Source: Truepera sp. (GTDB lineage: Bacteria; Deinococcota; Deinococci; Deinococcales; Trueperaceae). From it: a stretch of 64,000 nt of DNA. Where the stretch lies: contig CBDCKW010000005.1 in the NCBI GenBank assembly GCA_965218435.1, positions 352,001 through 416,000 of the forward strand. The letters are read 5' to 3'. The notes beneath the pieces were generated by a model. The model worked only from the letters and a program-made list of their open reading frames with translations, made no database searches and was not told where the DNA came from. A program made the position numbers and the translations under genes. Shown piece by piece: positions 28,211-38,719 of this stretch (the stretch's first letter is position 1; each line of letters begins with the position of its first letter).

Positions 28211-28638
28211 GTTATCTGCTCGATACCAACGTGGTGTCCGAAGCCAGACGAATACGTCCAAACGAGCATGTTTTACACTGGCTGGCCCATCAACCGCTTA
28301 CCGCAACCTACCTATCAGTCATTACTTTGGGGGAACTCGAGGAAGGCATCTCGGCGCTCGGTGAAACGCACCGAGCTGAAGCGTTACGAGCTTGGCTGAC
28401 TCAGCTTGAAGAGAGTTTTGTTGGGCGTATTCTCGATGTCGACCGGAGCGTCGTGAGGACTTGGGGACGTATCCAGGCAGAGGCGAAACGGCAGGGCCGT
28501 ACCCCACCAGCGATCGACGCACTAATTGCAGCCACGGCCATCACCCATGAGCTAGTGCTGGTCACTCGGAATATTGAGGACGTGGCCGCACTCCCCGTCG
28601 AGACGTTGAATCCTTGGATGTTTGGAGACAGTGAATGA
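28207..28638 (+). CDS. vapC: PIN-domain VapC toxin
   Basis: YLLDTNVVSE, SVITLGEL, IDALIAATA, LVTRN. Confidence 0.92.
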   Translation: MSYLLDTNVVSEARRIRPNEHVLHWLAHQPLTATYLSVITLGELEEGISALGETHRAEALRAWLTQLEESFVGRILDVDRSVVRTWGRIQAEAKRQGRTPPAIDALIAATAITHELVLVTRNIEDVAALPVETLNPWMFGDSE

Positions 28639-28931
28639 GCGACATCGGGGAGAGGATGATTCGTGAGTTGCAGGCGATTTGTAAGGTACCCGAGGCTTCT
28701 CAAACGCTAGGATTTAGTAAGAAAGCGCAACCGGTTTATGTGTTCGTCAAGCATTCACCAGAGAGCCTCTGGTACAACCGGGATAAAGCAGTAGGGGAGA
28801 ACGTACCGATTCTCGAGCGTGACCTGACCGGCTACCTGGTCAACCTCTGGCGGTATGAAAGACAAGACGACGCGACCGGTGAAGTCGTACCCAAACTCAT
28901 GGTGCAAGTTCACGCCGACCGGGAATACTGA
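28635..28931 (+). CDS. Hypothetical protein, probably truncated
   Basis: ATGA-coupled to vapC; 98 aa; no recognised family. Confidence 0.45.
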   Translation: MSDIGERMIRELQAICKVPEASQTLGFSKKAQPVYVFVKHSPESLWYNRDKAVGENVPILERDLTGYLVNLWRYERQDDATGEVVPKLMVQVHADREY

Positions 28932-29001
28932 GCTTACGCATGAATGTTTGTCCTCCGTATTGCTGGCGTCCGAAAACAGGTTCGCTCTCTGACAGTGGTG
29001 T

Positions 29002-29544
29002 CTAAACTCGGTAGCTTAGTAATACAACACCTGAATCGAACGTTTGAGTACCTGTTAGCTGCAACTTGCTATCAATGCCATTTTGGAAAAGTCGCCGCCC
29101 GCGACCAAGAATCTCTGGGTAAACGAACAAGCGATACTCGTCCACCAGTCCAGCTTGTGCAAGTGACTGTGCAAGGCTAATACTGCCGGAAACAACAAGA
29201 TCTGCGCCTTCTTGATCCTTTAGTGCCGCAATCTCGTCAGTAAGTTGCCCCCGCAAGATTGTGGTGTTTTGCCAGTCCGCCTCCTTGAGTGTCGAGGAAA
29301 AGACGTACTTTTGCGTGCGATTGAGGTAATCGGTGACGCCGGTTGTGTCGTTCGTTTGTTTCGGCCAGAAGCTTTTGAACTCTTCATAGGTGGTGCGACC
29401 CAGCAACACCGCGCCCGTCGTCGCCATCTGCTCGCGGTTGGTTGCCGCCATGTCGTCGCCGCCTTCAGTGGGCGAAAACCACTTGTCCATTTCATCCGCT
29501 ACACCGTCTAACGTGATGTTTGTAGTGACGACGAGCTTACGCAT
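29002..29544 (-). CDS. Dihydrofolate reductase / RibD C-terminal domain protein
   Basis: ITLDGV, LLGRTTY, KYVFSSTL, GLVDEYRLFVYP.ILGRG. Confidence 0.88.
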   Translation of the reverse strand: MRKLVVTTNITLDGVADEMDKWFSPTEGGDDMAATNREQMATTGAVLLGRTTYEEFKSFWPKQTNDTTGVTDYLNRTQKYVFSSTLKEADWQNTTILRGQLTDEIAALKDQEGADLVVSGSISLAQSLAQAGLVDEYRLFVYPEILGRGRRLFQNGIDSKLQLTGTQTFDSGVVLLSYRV

Positions 29545-29610
29545 ATTTGTCCTCCTTAGGAAATAGTCGATGCTCTATGGATCAGCTTCCGACGGACCGG
29601 CTGATCGCGC

Positions 29611-30165
29611 TCAGCGGACGGTCGGGACGTAGACGAGCTGCTGCACGCGCCCGTCGTACAGCCGTGAGTCGACGAGCTCGAGGTCGATATCGGGCAGGCC
29701 GGCCAGGATCGGGTTCGTTCCCGACACCCCGGTAATGACGGGGAACACCATCACCTCCAACCGATCCACCAAGCCGGCAGCGAGCAGTGCGCGGTTCATC
29801 GAGATGCTGCCATGGGAGTACAGCGGGACGGACGACTCTGCCTTCAAGCGTGGAACGGCCTCGAGCGCATCCGCCGCAATAAGCGTCGAGTTTGCCCACA
29901 TCAGCGGCTTCTTCAGCGTTCGGGAGATCACAATCTTTTGGGCCGCGCTGAGCGACGCAAAGTTCAGATCATCCTCAAACTGCGCAGCGAAACGCGCCAT
30001 CATACGGTAGGTATTTGCCCCGAATACCAGCGTCTGGTTCTTTCCCGCGAAGAAGCTCTCGGTATGCCACGCACGCAACTCTGGGCCACCCTTGCCCCAG
30101 TACCCAACAGTTCCTGTGCCGAAGCCGTCCAGGGTGGTGAACAGGTTAACCGTGAATGTCGCCAT
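29611..30165 (-). CDS. Dihydrofolate reductase / RibD C-terminal domain protein
   Basis: FTTLDGFG, FGANTYR, GSISMNRALLAAGLVDRL. Confidence 0.85.
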   Translation of the reverse strand: MATFTVNLFTTLDGFGTGTVGYWGKGGPELRAWHTESFFAGKNQTLVFGANTYRMMARFAAQFEDDLNFASLSAAQKIVISRTLKKPLMWANSTLIAADALEAVPRLKAESSVPLYSHGSISMNRALLAAGLVDRLEVMVFPVITGVSGTNPILAGLPDIDLELVDSRLYDGRVQQLVYVPTVR

Positions 30166-30359
30166 AATGCTTATCCTCCTTATCACTGCGAGTTGAACCA
30201 CTCGATCTGGGCCTTAGCATGAATAGCGCAGCCTCGACGCGATGCGGCTAACGCCTGCTTGTCGAACAGATGTCCAAAAAAACTCGTGTCAGGGTGCTTT
30301 TACAACGTTCCACAAGACGACTTGCATCTATAACTTCGCCTTCCTCTCTTTGGGCGACA

Positions 30360-30779
30360 TTAGCTGTTTTGCTCCGAATTGTACGCGTCGAGCGGCGTCG
30401 TAACCGCGATACGGCGCGTTCCGTCGGGAAGGGTCACGATCTGGTAGGCGTTGCGCTCCTTGCCGACTGGAGCACCGTGCTGGTCGAGGTTCTCGAGCAC
30501 AAGATGCCCTACCCAAACGCCGGGTACCTCAATCTCAGTGACGATGTCGCGGGCGCGGACGCCTTGAATTTGGCGTGAGCGGTAGAAGTCCTGACCCTGG
30601 TGAAAGAAGTCGCGGGTCTGTTGCGGCTTGATGATAGCTTGACACCCCATGGCGGTGACAGCTAGGGCTGGGTAGTTGTAGATGTCGGCAAGGCCATCGA
30701 GGTTGCCTTCGGTGAGATACCTGGTATAGCGGTCGAAAAAAACTTCGATGGGTTCGGTCGCTTCAGCGATGTGCGTCAC
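30360..30779 (-). CDS. NTF2-like fold hypothetical protein
   Basis: FFDRYTRYLTEGNLDGLADIYNYP; RBS present. Confidence 0.6.
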   Translation of the reverse strand: MTHIAEATEPIEVFFDRYTRYLTEGNLDGLADIYNYPALAVTAMGCQAIIKPQQTRDFFHQGQDFYRSRQIQGVRARDIVTEIEVPGVWVGHLVLENLDQHGAPVGKERNAYQIVTLPDGTRRIAVTTPLDAYNSEQNS

Positions 30780-30937
30780 GTTTTCTCCCTTCCGCAGTTT
30801 CTCTTAAGCGTACCGATGCATCCTTCGCAACAAATTTTTTCGGTCGCTCAACGGAGTCATCCATGTCTGTATACTCCAACCAATTTTGATTTCGCGCAGA
30901 CTCTTTTGGCTTCACTGCGTCAATCAATACCTTTTTG

Positions 30938-31312
30938 TCAGGAACTGCCGCTCGTTTCTAGGTGTCCTATAACTGTTACCCGCACGCCGTTAGGATCAAT
31001 CACTGAGAAACGACGTATGCCCCAGGGTTTGTCCTCGAGCGGCTCGACGAGCGGAAATCCCTGCTTCGTGAGTCTTTCATAGAGTAATTGAACTTGATCG
31101 GCATTCCCGACATCTATAGCAAAACCAGGCGGAAGGCTGGGATGTCCGTTATCATTCACAGTCAATTGGGCGGTGGGATTTGTTGACGAGTTTAGCATTA
31201 AAAACATGCCGTCCTCCATACCGATCTCGAGGCCCAGCAAACTGCAGTAAAAAGTTTTAGTAGCCGCGAGGTCGCGGGAGCGGAGTTCCGGAATGATACG
31301 CGGGATGGGCAT
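30938..31312 (-). CDS. VOC/glyoxalase family protein
   Basis: DLAATKTFYCSLLGL...DKPWGIRRFSVIDPNG. Confidence 0.88.
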   Translation of the reverse strand: MPIPRIIPELRSRDLAATKTFYCSLLGLEIGMEDGMFLMLNSSTNPTAQLTVNDNGHPSLPPGFAIDVGNADQVQLLYERLTKQGFPLVEPLEDKPWGIRRFSVIDPNGVRVTVIGHLETSGSS

Positions 31313-31321
31313 AGTCTCGTC

Positions 31322-32581
31322 TTATTCCTTTCCAATCTCGAGCGTCACTTTAGGCATCGTGTCCAGCCTCAACCCTGGCAGGTCGGGCTCGAGATAGCAC
31401 TCATCCGCTCCGTCTCCCTGTAAGAACCTCCCGAAAAACGCCGTGGCGAAATGCTTGATCAGCGCGTGCGCCTGAGATTGGCTCCACACCGGGTCAAAGC
31501 AGTTCTCGACCCCGCGCACCGACTCGGGGCATTCGGCGTAAGGGTTATGCTCCGCACCCTCTAAGGTCAGCAGGAACTTACTTTTTGAACCGGCGCGGCG
31601 GAAGTATTCGAGCCCGTTTTGCGCGTACACGGCCACCGTGTCACCGCTCCCGGCAGCGACGAAAAAGGGCACCTTGAGCTTGGCTAAGGACGCCGCCCCG
31701 AGCCAAGGCTCGCCGTAAGGGGCCATGACGAAGATCGCTTTAATCCGTGGGTCAGCCTTGATGGTTGCGCCTCGAGACGGCTCGAGGTCGTCAAATGCGG
31801 GCAGTGCAAAACACGGCGCTTCATCGTTCGTTTTCCGGCAAAAAGCCGCGAACGCTTCGCCGTTGAGGGGCACCCCGGCGGCGTTGACAGCGCTATAACC
31901 GCCGTAACTGTAGCCCACCAAGCCGACGTTCGTGTTGTCGGCATTGGCGACATGTTTGGGCAACTCATTTACGGCAAAGAGGATGTCTTCGGGGCGGTAG
32001 ACAAGGCTCGTCACGTAGTCCGCGTCGGTAGTGTCTTGGTAAGTTGAGCCGGTGTGCTCGAGGTTGGCGACCACGAAGCCGTAAGAGGCGAGATGTTCCC
32101 CTAAATACGCGAGCTGGTAGCGGGTGCCCGGTTGTCCGTGCGAGGCGATGATCAGCGGAAATATCTTGGTTGTAGGCTTAGCGTCCCGTTTGGCGCGGCC
32201 TAGCAGTTTTGCGGGCGTGGGGCCGAGCATCGCGTCGTAAAAGGTTGCTTCGTCCTGCTCGTCGGTCGGGTACCAGACCTCGACTTTCAAGGTGCGCGAG
32301 CGGGCGGTATCGGTAAGGTTCAAGGTTTGCACGCCGACGAAGTGAGAGCCTCGAGCCGCTAGGGGGGGCAAGTTCACGCCTGTCTCTTGGGCTTTAACGA
32401 AGGGAAACATAACAGCTAGCATGGTTAAGCAGCTCGAGAGCCACCTTGTGCGTTTCAGGCGGGCAGGTTGAAGACGAGAAGCGTAGCCCTTCAGAGACCT
32501 CAAAGAAATTCTAGTCGTGTCCACATTACAAGAACGAATCTCTCGTGCGGGACATATGAGAGTCATCATTGCCTCCTTCAC
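31322..32581 (-). CDS. Alpha/beta hydrolase (PAF-AH / dienelactone hydrolase-like); true start may lie downstream
   Basis: VEVWYP, SHGQPG, GYSYGG nucleophile elbow, GAEHN. Confidence 0.8.
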   Translation of the reverse strand: MKEAMMTLICPAREIRSCNVDTTRISLRSLKGYASRLQPARLKRTRWLSSCLTMLAVMFPFVKAQETGVNLPPLAARGSHFVGVQTLNLTDTARSRTLKVEVWYPTDEQDEATFYDAMLGPTPAKLLGRAKRDAKPTTKIFPLIIASHGQPGTRYQLAYLGEHLASYGFVVANLEHTGSTYQDTTDADYVTSLVYRPEDILFAVNELPKHVANADNTNVGLVGYSYGGYSAVNAAGVPLNGEAFAAFCRKTNDEAPCFALPAFDDLEPSRGATIKADPRIKAIFVMAPYGEPWLGAASLAKLKVPFFVAAGSGDTVAVYAQNGLEYFRRAGSKSKFLLTLEGAEHNPYAECPESVRGVENCFDPVWSQSQAHALIKHFATAFFGRFLQGDGADECYLEPDLPGLRLDTMPKVTLEIGKE

Positions 32582-33295
32582 TTAGAGGACCCTCCGGATA
32601 AACTCGAGCACTTTTTTGCTCATTCCCGGCTCTTTTAGCAGCTCGGTACCGTGCACGTACCCCGGTACGACGAGAAGTTTTTTATCTTTAGTAGGGGCCA
32701 GCTTGTAAAGCTGCGGGGTTGCTTCGTCCGAGCCGTAGGCGTCGCTTTTCGCGGTGAGCATGAAGATTGGCAGTGCGATCTTGGCGGCATACGGTGCTAG
32801 CTCCTCGCCTTGCGAGGCCAGCACCCGCGCTTCAGCCGATAGCGTCACCGCCGCTTCCACCCCTGGTAGAGTCTGGCTGCTCGCGATCAGCGTGAGATTG
32901 GCTCCTTGCGACGCCCCGACTAAAACGAGGTGCTTTACGCCTTGCTGATGAAAAGCTCTAATAGCAGCCTCGAGGTCGCTCAGACGGTCGGCGCTTGGGT
33001 CGGCGCTGGCGTACTCGTAGAGGAGCACCCGGAAGCTACCCTTCGCCAGCGTTTGAGCAAAGGGGAACCAGCTACACGCGCCGTTGCCACTATCGTTGGA
33101 AAGCACGACCCCGGTGGTACCTGTGCCTAACAGCGCACCCTCGAGCGGCTGACCTGAAGCGTTCTCGAACGCTAGGGGTTGCGCCTGCACTCGGTCGGCT
33201 GAACAGAAGTCGACGAATGTGCTTGCTATAGCTATGTGGACAAACACGAGTGCGATAAGCACTACGACAAACTTCGTTGTTACGTCTGTTTTCAT
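32582..33295 (-). CDS. Secreted alpha/beta hydrolase
   Basis: Signal/TM segment, GASQGA, HGTELL. Confidence 0.8.
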   Translation of the reverse strand: MKTDVTTKFVVVLIALVFVHIAIASTFVDFCSADRVQAQPLAFENASGQPLEGALLGTGTTGVVLSNDSGNGACSWFPFAQTLAKGSFRVLLYEYASADPSADRLSDLEAAIRAFHQQGVKHLVLVGASQGANLTLIASSQTLPGVEAAVTLSAEARVLASQGEELAPYAAKIALPIFMLTAKSDAYGSDEATPQLYKLAPTKDKKLLVVPGYVHGTELLKEPGMSKKVLEFIRRVL

Positions 33296-33314
33296 CCGCG
33301 AGCCCCATCCGAGC

Positions 33315-34076
33315 CTACCCATGTTGCTCCTCGCTTTGCTTAATAAAGTCGTTCATGACCTGATTGAACGCCTCAGGTTTGTCTAGGTGTAACCAGTGTC
33401 CGGTTCCCTCGAGCGTTTCATACGGTAAGTCGGCGCCGAGGTTATGCAGACCGAACGGCGTGTCGTTCGCAGGCGTAATCACTGAGCGTTTGAGACCTTC
33501 GTAGCGACGGAGCGGCAAGCTCGGGTCATACGCAACTTGCACTCTGAAAAAGCCGACGACGGTTTCTTTGGGGATCACGCGCAGATCAGCCATGACCTGC
33601 TCTCGCACAGCATCTTTAGCACCGGTGAGGAGTAAGTTCCAGTACCCCTCTATAGTTTCCGCATAGGCATCTGAAGCAAGACCCTCTAAAAATGACGCCA
33701 TTTGCGGAATGCGCCTAGCGTCGCCTGCAGGGTCGGCGAGCAAAAGCCCAGCTACACGCTCAGAGTGATCTGCCGCATACTGGAGCGCCACCAACCCGCC
33801 GCCGCTATGCCCGACAAGCACAAACCTTTTGGTGCCGAGCCGCTTGACGGCTTCGTCTACATCCGCCGCCATCGCGGGAAACGAATAATCTCCATCGGTG
33901 GGCAGGTCGGAGCGGCCATGACCGCGCCATTCCAAAGCAACCGCGCGCCGCTGAGGGCGCAAATGTTCCAACTGCGCCGCCCACTGCCACGCATTACCCG
34001 CGGTTGAATGTAAAAAGATAACTGGAAGCAGAGTTCCGGTTCCACCATCGTCAGCGTACAGTTCAACGGTTTTCAC
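33315..34076 (-). CDS. Alpha/beta fold hydrolase
   Basis: RGHGRS, GHSGGG, GTGHWLHLDKP. Confidence 0.88.
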   Translation of the reverse strand: MKTVELYADDGGTGTLLPVIFLHSTAGNAWQWAAQLEHLRPQRRAVALEWRGHGRSDLPTDGDYSFPAMAADVDEAVKRLGTKRFVLVGHSGGGLVALQYAADHSERVAGLLLADPAGDARRIPQMASFLEGLASDAYAETIEGYWNLLLTGAKDAVREQVMADLRVIPKETVVGFFRVQVAYDPSLPLRRYEGLKRSVITPANDTPFGLHNLGADLPYETLEGTGHWLHLDKPEAFNQVMNDFIKQSEEQHG

Positions 34077-34102
34077 GTTCTACTCCTTCATCTCGTTCAA
34101 TC

Positions 34103-34837
34103 TCACTTAGCGAGGAATGTTTGGAGAAATCCCTGAACCGCCGCCCAATAGCCTTTTTGGACAAGGGGTGTAGAAGCGACGAGCGCGAGCGAGCCATGAA
34201 CGCCGATGCCGTCGGGTTCGTACTCGAGCTTGTCCCGGCTCGCTACCGCTTCGAAGATGGCGTGGGCCTCAGCGATTTCGCTCCCTCCCGCAGAAGTGAC
34301 GAACACGGGCACCTTCACCTTTTCCGCCGCCTCTCTGATAAGGTTGGGTTTGGCGAAGTACTCGCCAGGTGAAAAGGAGAGGACGCCAGCAATCTCAGGA
34401 TGTTCTGCTGCTAGTAAAAATACCAACGATGAAGAATAACTACTGCCCCATACAAGGATGGTTTTATAGCCCTTGTCTTTTACCCAAATTAAAGCGGCCT
34501 CGAGGTCAGGGAGAGCCTCGAGATAACCCGTAGATTTACCCAGGGCGTTGACCGTAAGGTTTTCACCGCCATAGGCGTTACCGCCGCTACGCTGGTCTAC
34601 GGCTAGTGCGTTAAAGCCTGCTTCGACGAGTCGAGGAGCAATCCCTGCATACTCTTCTTTGTTATAGTCCGCCTGGTGAAAGAGCAGCACGATAGGTTTG
34701 GACGTGTCAGCTGCCGCGTAAAGATTGGCAAAGACTTCTGCGCCGTCAGAAGCTTCAAAGCTCACGGCTTTTTGAGCCAGCGCGAAGTTGAAAGTCAGGC
34801 AGATGAGGCTTAGAACCAGCGATCCGGTTTTTTGCAC
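34103..34837 (-). CDS. Secreted alpha/beta hydrolase
   Basis: GTG at 34837 after GGAGG; signal peptide; LLFHQA, DQRSGG, WGSSYS, HGS. Confidence 0.8.
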   Translation of the reverse strand: MQKTGSLVLSLICLTFNFALAQKAVSFEASDGAEVFANLYAAADTSKPIVLLFHQADYNKEEYAGIAPRLVEAGFNALAVDQRSGGNAYGGENLTVNALGKSTGYLEALPDLEAALIWVKDKGYKTILVWGSSYSSSLVFLLAAEHPEIAGVLSFSPGEYFAKPNLIREAAEKVKVPVFVTSAGGSEIAEAHAIFEAVASRDKLEYEPDGIGVHGSLALVASTPLVQKGYWAAVQGFLQTFLAK

Positions 34838-34919
34838 TGCTTCCCTCCTGTCGTGACGCCGCCCTTTTCGCTCTCCCTCGGCCGTCAGCTGCTGCACGCC
34901 GAACGAGTTGAAGCGCCCG

Positions 34920-35369
34920 CTACCCGATTCGGGTCGAAATCGACTCATAACCGCCGCCTCCCGGGTAGTGCCAAGCACCAATAAGGGTGTTGCCGTTGTC
35001 TGAGAAGGTGCCCTGGTAGTACGCCGGAGAGCCCCGTTCCCCACTCCAAATCGTGAGGGTGTCTCCTTTGAGTTCGTAGGTGTAGTCGAGCGTTTCGCCC
35101 TCGGAAAAGCCGTAGTAGCGCGAGCGAATATCCGCGCTCGGCTCCTCGCCGAATTTCCGCTCGTGACCGATCACCTCGAGCCCTTTGTTGCCGCCTAAGT
35201 CAACGTGTTGAAAGAGGAAGAACCCACCCTCGGCCCATTCATAGCGGACCGTTCCTGCCGCGCCACCGGACACTTTCCAAGTGCCAACCAACCGGTCTAA
35301 GCTTCTGAGATCAGGGTTCGGCTGAGTTGGCTGCTGTGGCGTTTGAACGTCTTCAAAGTTATCGTCCAC
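34920..35369 (-). CDS. Beta-barrel hypothetical protein (DUF1579-like)
   Basis: LDRLVGTWKVSG...YEW..GGFFL...GAWHYPGGGGY. Confidence 0.55.
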   Translation of the reverse strand: MDDNFEDVQTPQQPTQPNPDLRSLDRLVGTWKVSGGAAGTVRYEWAEGGFFLFQHVDLGGNKGLEVIGHERKFGEEPSADIRSRYYGFSEGETLDYTYELKGDTLTIWSGERGSPAYYQGTFSDNGNTLIGAWHYPGGGGYESISTRIG

Positions 35370-35449
35370 AACGATGTCTCCTTAAGATGATGTCAGTCAG
35401 CTTCTTTGCCGACGACATTTGGCGCTGCTTGTTCTAAACGGCTTACCAG

Positions 35450-35911
35450 CTAGCAAATACGGTTTAGTGGCTGGGCGGCCTGCCGAGGAGGGCTCTGGCT
35501 CGCGGCAGGAGGCCCCAGGCGATCAGGTGCGCTTACTACTAGAAAGCCGACCGGGAGCCAAGGGTTCGTGTTGAGAATGAACGTGTTGGTAGCGGCTGCA
35601 CCTAGCATCAGGCCGACCAGCCCAAGCGCGGCTAGACCGGACAGGCGAGGGATCAGCAAGCTGACCGCTCCGGCCACCTCGAGCGCGCCGACCACATAGC
35701 GCAACCACTGGCCTGCGCCAATCGCGGCGAACATGTCCACCATCGCCGGGTTGCCGCTCAGCTTGAGAAACCCGCCCGCCACAAACTGCAAGGCGAGCAG
35801 GACTTGAAGCGCCCATAACCCGAGGCTGAGGCTACGCCTACGGCTCGTCGCGCGGCGGGTCTGCGTAGCCAGATGTTCTTGAACTTGAACGGTTCCAGTG
35901 CCTTCTTCCAT
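35450..35911 (-). CDS. DoxX family membrane protein, probably frameshifted near the 3' end
   Basis: WALQVLLALQFVAGGFLKL...GALEVAGA..LLIPRL. Confidence 0.8.
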   Translation of the reverse strand: MEEGTGTVQVQEHLATQTRRATSRRRSLSLGLWALQVLLALQFVAGGFLKLSGNPAMVDMFAAIGAGQWLRYVVGALEVAGAVSLLIPRLSGLAALGLVGLMLGAAATNTFILNTNPWLPVGFLVVSAPDRLGPPAASQSPPRQAAQPLNRIC

Positions 35912-36141
35912 ATTTTCGCCTCCTTAACTTCCTTCGTTTAACAGGACCGCCTATGTCTACTCCAAACAATCTTGATTTTGTAAGAGCGCCTTTTGCTTAA
36001 GTGAGCACAGGCTTGTGCCCGTCACCGTAGGCTAAGTCTATAAGGGAGTGCACTAACACACAATTCAAATAAGCGTTAAATCACCAACCTTCTATTAAGA
36101 TCTTTCATAGAACCTTTTATTTGTTTTGGTAAACTCTAGAG

Positions 36142-37098
36142 ATGAATATGGCGCAGCTGCGAACGTTTTTAAGCATTGTCGAGGAGAGCGGGTTCTCACG
36201 GGCGGCGCTAAAGCTTGGCGCTACCCAGTCGGCTTTAAGTCATGCGGTCGCCGAACTCGAGCGCGACTTAGGAGTAAGGCTTTTAGAACGCGGGCGCTTC
36301 GGGGCACGGCCTACCCGAACCGGAGTGGAGATCGCCGCGTATGCGCGGCAGATACTTACGCTCGAGGAGGCCATGCGCCAGGAGGCAACTTTAGCGCGTG
36401 GCGCACTCCAGGGAACGCTGAGGGTCGCCACCTTTAGAAGCGCCGCAAGTCACATTTTGCCCAAGGCGATTGGCTGGCTTAGATGCAAGCATCCAGAGCT
36501 TGAGGTGCGGCTGCTCGAGACCGACGGTGGTCTCGACGAGTTAACCGAGACGCTACACGATCAGCGCACCGAGATCGCGTTTTTCGCGGTTCCTCCCTAT
36601 CCGGCCGGGATCGTAACCTGGGACTTATTGCGAGACCCCTACTATGCACTGCTGCCCAAAGGCCATCCGCTCACTGACCGTGTCGTGAGCCGCGCCGAGC
36701 TGCTCGAGTGGCCGCTCATCCTTTACGACCCTGACATCTGCTCAGTCGTTGTCGATGCGTACTTGAAAGGGGTGAGTGAAAAGAAGCCCAGGCGTGCCCA
36801 CTACAACGTTCGCGAAGACTCCACCTTGGCAAACCTGGTAGGTCAGGGGCTGGGGGTCAGTGTCGTGCCCGAGCTAGCGTTTCGAGAGCTTCCCGAGAGC
36901 GTCGTGCGTGCACCTCTGGAAGTGCCTCTCGAGCGGGTTATCGCGGTGGGTATCTTGCCGGGGAGTCTTAAGTTCCCAGCGGTGCGGGCGTTTTTAGACG
37001 CTCTCAGAGTACAGTTTCCTAACAGCAAACTGCCACCTCTCGCATCTGATGCTACGTCGAGGGCTCGAGTCCCTATCGGTTTAGGGTGGGAACGGTAA
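36142..37098 (+). CDS. LysR-family transcriptional regulator
   Basis: QLRTFLSIVEESGFSRAALKLGATQSALSHAVAELERDLG. Confidence 0.93.
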   Translation: MNMAQLRTFLSIVEESGFSRAALKLGATQSALSHAVAELERDLGVRLLERGRFGARPTRTGVEIAAYARQILTLEEAMRQEATLARGALQGTLRVATFRSAASHILPKAIGWLRCKHPELEVRLLETDGGLDELTETLHDQRTEIAFFAVPPYPAGIVTWDLLRDPYYALLPKGHPLTDRVVSRAELLEWPLILYDPDICSVVVDAYLKGVSEKKPRRAHYNVREDSTLANLVGQGLGVSVVPELAFRELPESVVRAPLEVPLERVIAVGILPGSLKFPAVRAFLDALRVQFPNSKLPPLASDATSRARVPIGLGWER

Positions 37099-37137
37099 AT
37101 CGAAAGTGTCAACGTGCCAGTCTGCGCTTTAACGGCC

Positions 37138-37470
37138 TTAAAGTAAGCCGCGTAGACCGGCAAGCGTGGGATCATCTACCTCGAGAACAACATCTGTGTA
37201 GTGTGTGATAAAACCTAAAACGGTACGCCGAGGTCCCTCCCGCCATTCCGAGCTGCTGTAAAAGGCGTCCTGACTTCCTTCACGTTCAGCGAGCGTGTCG
37301 TAATTGCGGATCAAATAGGCCGCGTCGGGGTCGTGCTGAGAGAGGCCGCAAGCCACCACGTCGATACCCCACTTTGTAAGGAGAGGCAGTACATGGGTGT
37401 AAAAACACGCGTAAAATCTAGCGCCAGAGTCGGGTTTGAGCTTATAGGTGCGGATTTCTATGATGTTCAT
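37138..37470 (-). CDS. NIPSNAP family protein
   Basis: IEIRTYKLKP...AFYSSSEWREGPR. Confidence 0.8.
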   Translation of the reverse strand: MNIIEIRTYKLKPDSGARFYACFYTHVLPLLTKWGIDVVACGLSQHDPDAAYLIRNYDTLAEREGSQDAFYSSSEWREGPRRTVLGFITHYTDVVLEVDDPTLAGLRGLL

Positions 37471-37516
37471 GCCAGCCCTCCCTTACCAACTACTCTCAGC
37501 TCAGCGGCCGAAAAGT

Positions 37517-38719
37517 TCACTGCCGGCTACGCGGATCGAAGGCGTCACGCAGCCCGTCGCCTAAAAGATTCCAGGTCAACACCGAGACAAAGATAAAAGC
37601 TCCTGGCAAAAAGACCCACCAGCGAGTCGCAAGTCCCGACACCCCGGCGAAGCCCTGCGCAGTTGCCAGCATCAGCCCCCAGCTCGTTGAAGGTGGCTGA
37701 ATGCCTAGTCCGAAAAAGCTCAACACGGATTCGGTAATGATAAAACCGGGAATTACGATACTCATGTAGACGATGACGAAGCTGAGCGTGTGCGGCAACA
37801 TGTGACGAAAGATGATCCGGCCGTTACTGGCCCCTAACGACCGGGCAGCATAGGCAAAATCGCGTTCACGTAAGGAAAGCACCTGACCCCGAATGGTGCG
37901 TGCAACACCACCCCAACCGATAACCGATAAAGCGATGACGACTAGTATAAAGACCGTTGACGACGGAAGATTAAGCGGGTAGAAGACCGCTGACAAGGTG
38001 ATTAGGAGAAAAAGGTCGGGAATAGCCGAGAGTGCCTCGATAAAACGCATAATCAGCTCGTCAATCCAACCCCCGAAAAATCCGGCAATTCCCCCCATGA
38101 TCATACCGATGATGATAGAAACGAGGGCGGCCAAAATGCCGATCGTCAGGCTGATCCGTGCCCCAAACAAAATTTTGCCGAAGACGTCACCACCGAGGTC
38201 GTCTGAACCCCATAGGTGAATCCGCCCCGGTTCAGCCACACCAAAAAGGTGAAGCGTCGCCCACGGCCGAATTCCCAGAGTTCTGCGAAGTGGCTCGGGG
38301 ATGAGGTTGACGGGGAACGGTACGTAACGCTCCCGGACGCCTTCACGCCTAACCAAAAACTCTATGGGGTACCGTGTTGACTTGTCCTCTGTCCAGGTCG
38401 TTTCAAACGTTTCCATGTCGAGTGTCTGCGTACTCGCGTAGATAAAGGGCCGGACGAACCGCCCTTCGTTCCAAAAGTAAATCCGGTTGGGAGGCTGAAA
38501 GGTCGTGTTGGGGTTGATGTAGCCTTCCGAGTAGGGGGCAAAAAAGTCGGCGAAAGCGGCTAAAAAATACAAGATACCCAAAATGACCAGCGCAGTTCGT
38601 GCTAGGGGATGTTTGCGAAACTGCCGCCAAGCAATCGAGCTGAGGCTTTCACCCGACCTAGCAAGTGTTTCTTCAGGCGGTTGCGACGTGCCCGTGGGTA
38701 TGACCGGAGCATCGGCCAT
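37517..38719 (-). CDS. Peptide ABC transporter permease (OppC/DppC-like)
   Basis: GSDDLGGDVF, GARISLTIG, AARSLGAS...RHMLP, LGDGLRDAFDP. Confidence 0.92.
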   Translation of the reverse strand: MADAPVIPTGTSQPPEETLARSGESLSSIAWRQFRKHPLARTALVILGILYFLAAFADFFAPYSEGYINPNTTFQPPNRIYFWNEGRFVRPFIYASTQTLDMETFETTWTEDKSTRYPIEFLVRREGVRERYVPFPVNLIPEPLRRTLGIRPWATLHLFGVAEPGRIHLWGSDDLGGDVFGKILFGARISLTIGILAALVSIIIGMIMGGIAGFFGGWIDELIMRFIEALSAIPDLFLLITLSAVFYPLNLPSSTVFILVVIALSVIGWGGVARTIRGQVLSLRERDFAYAARSLGASNGRIIFRHMLPHTLSFVIVYMSIVIPGFIITESVLSFFGLGIQPPSTSWGLMLATAQGFAGVSGLATRWWVFLPGAFIFVSVLTWNLLGDGLRDAFDPRSRQ

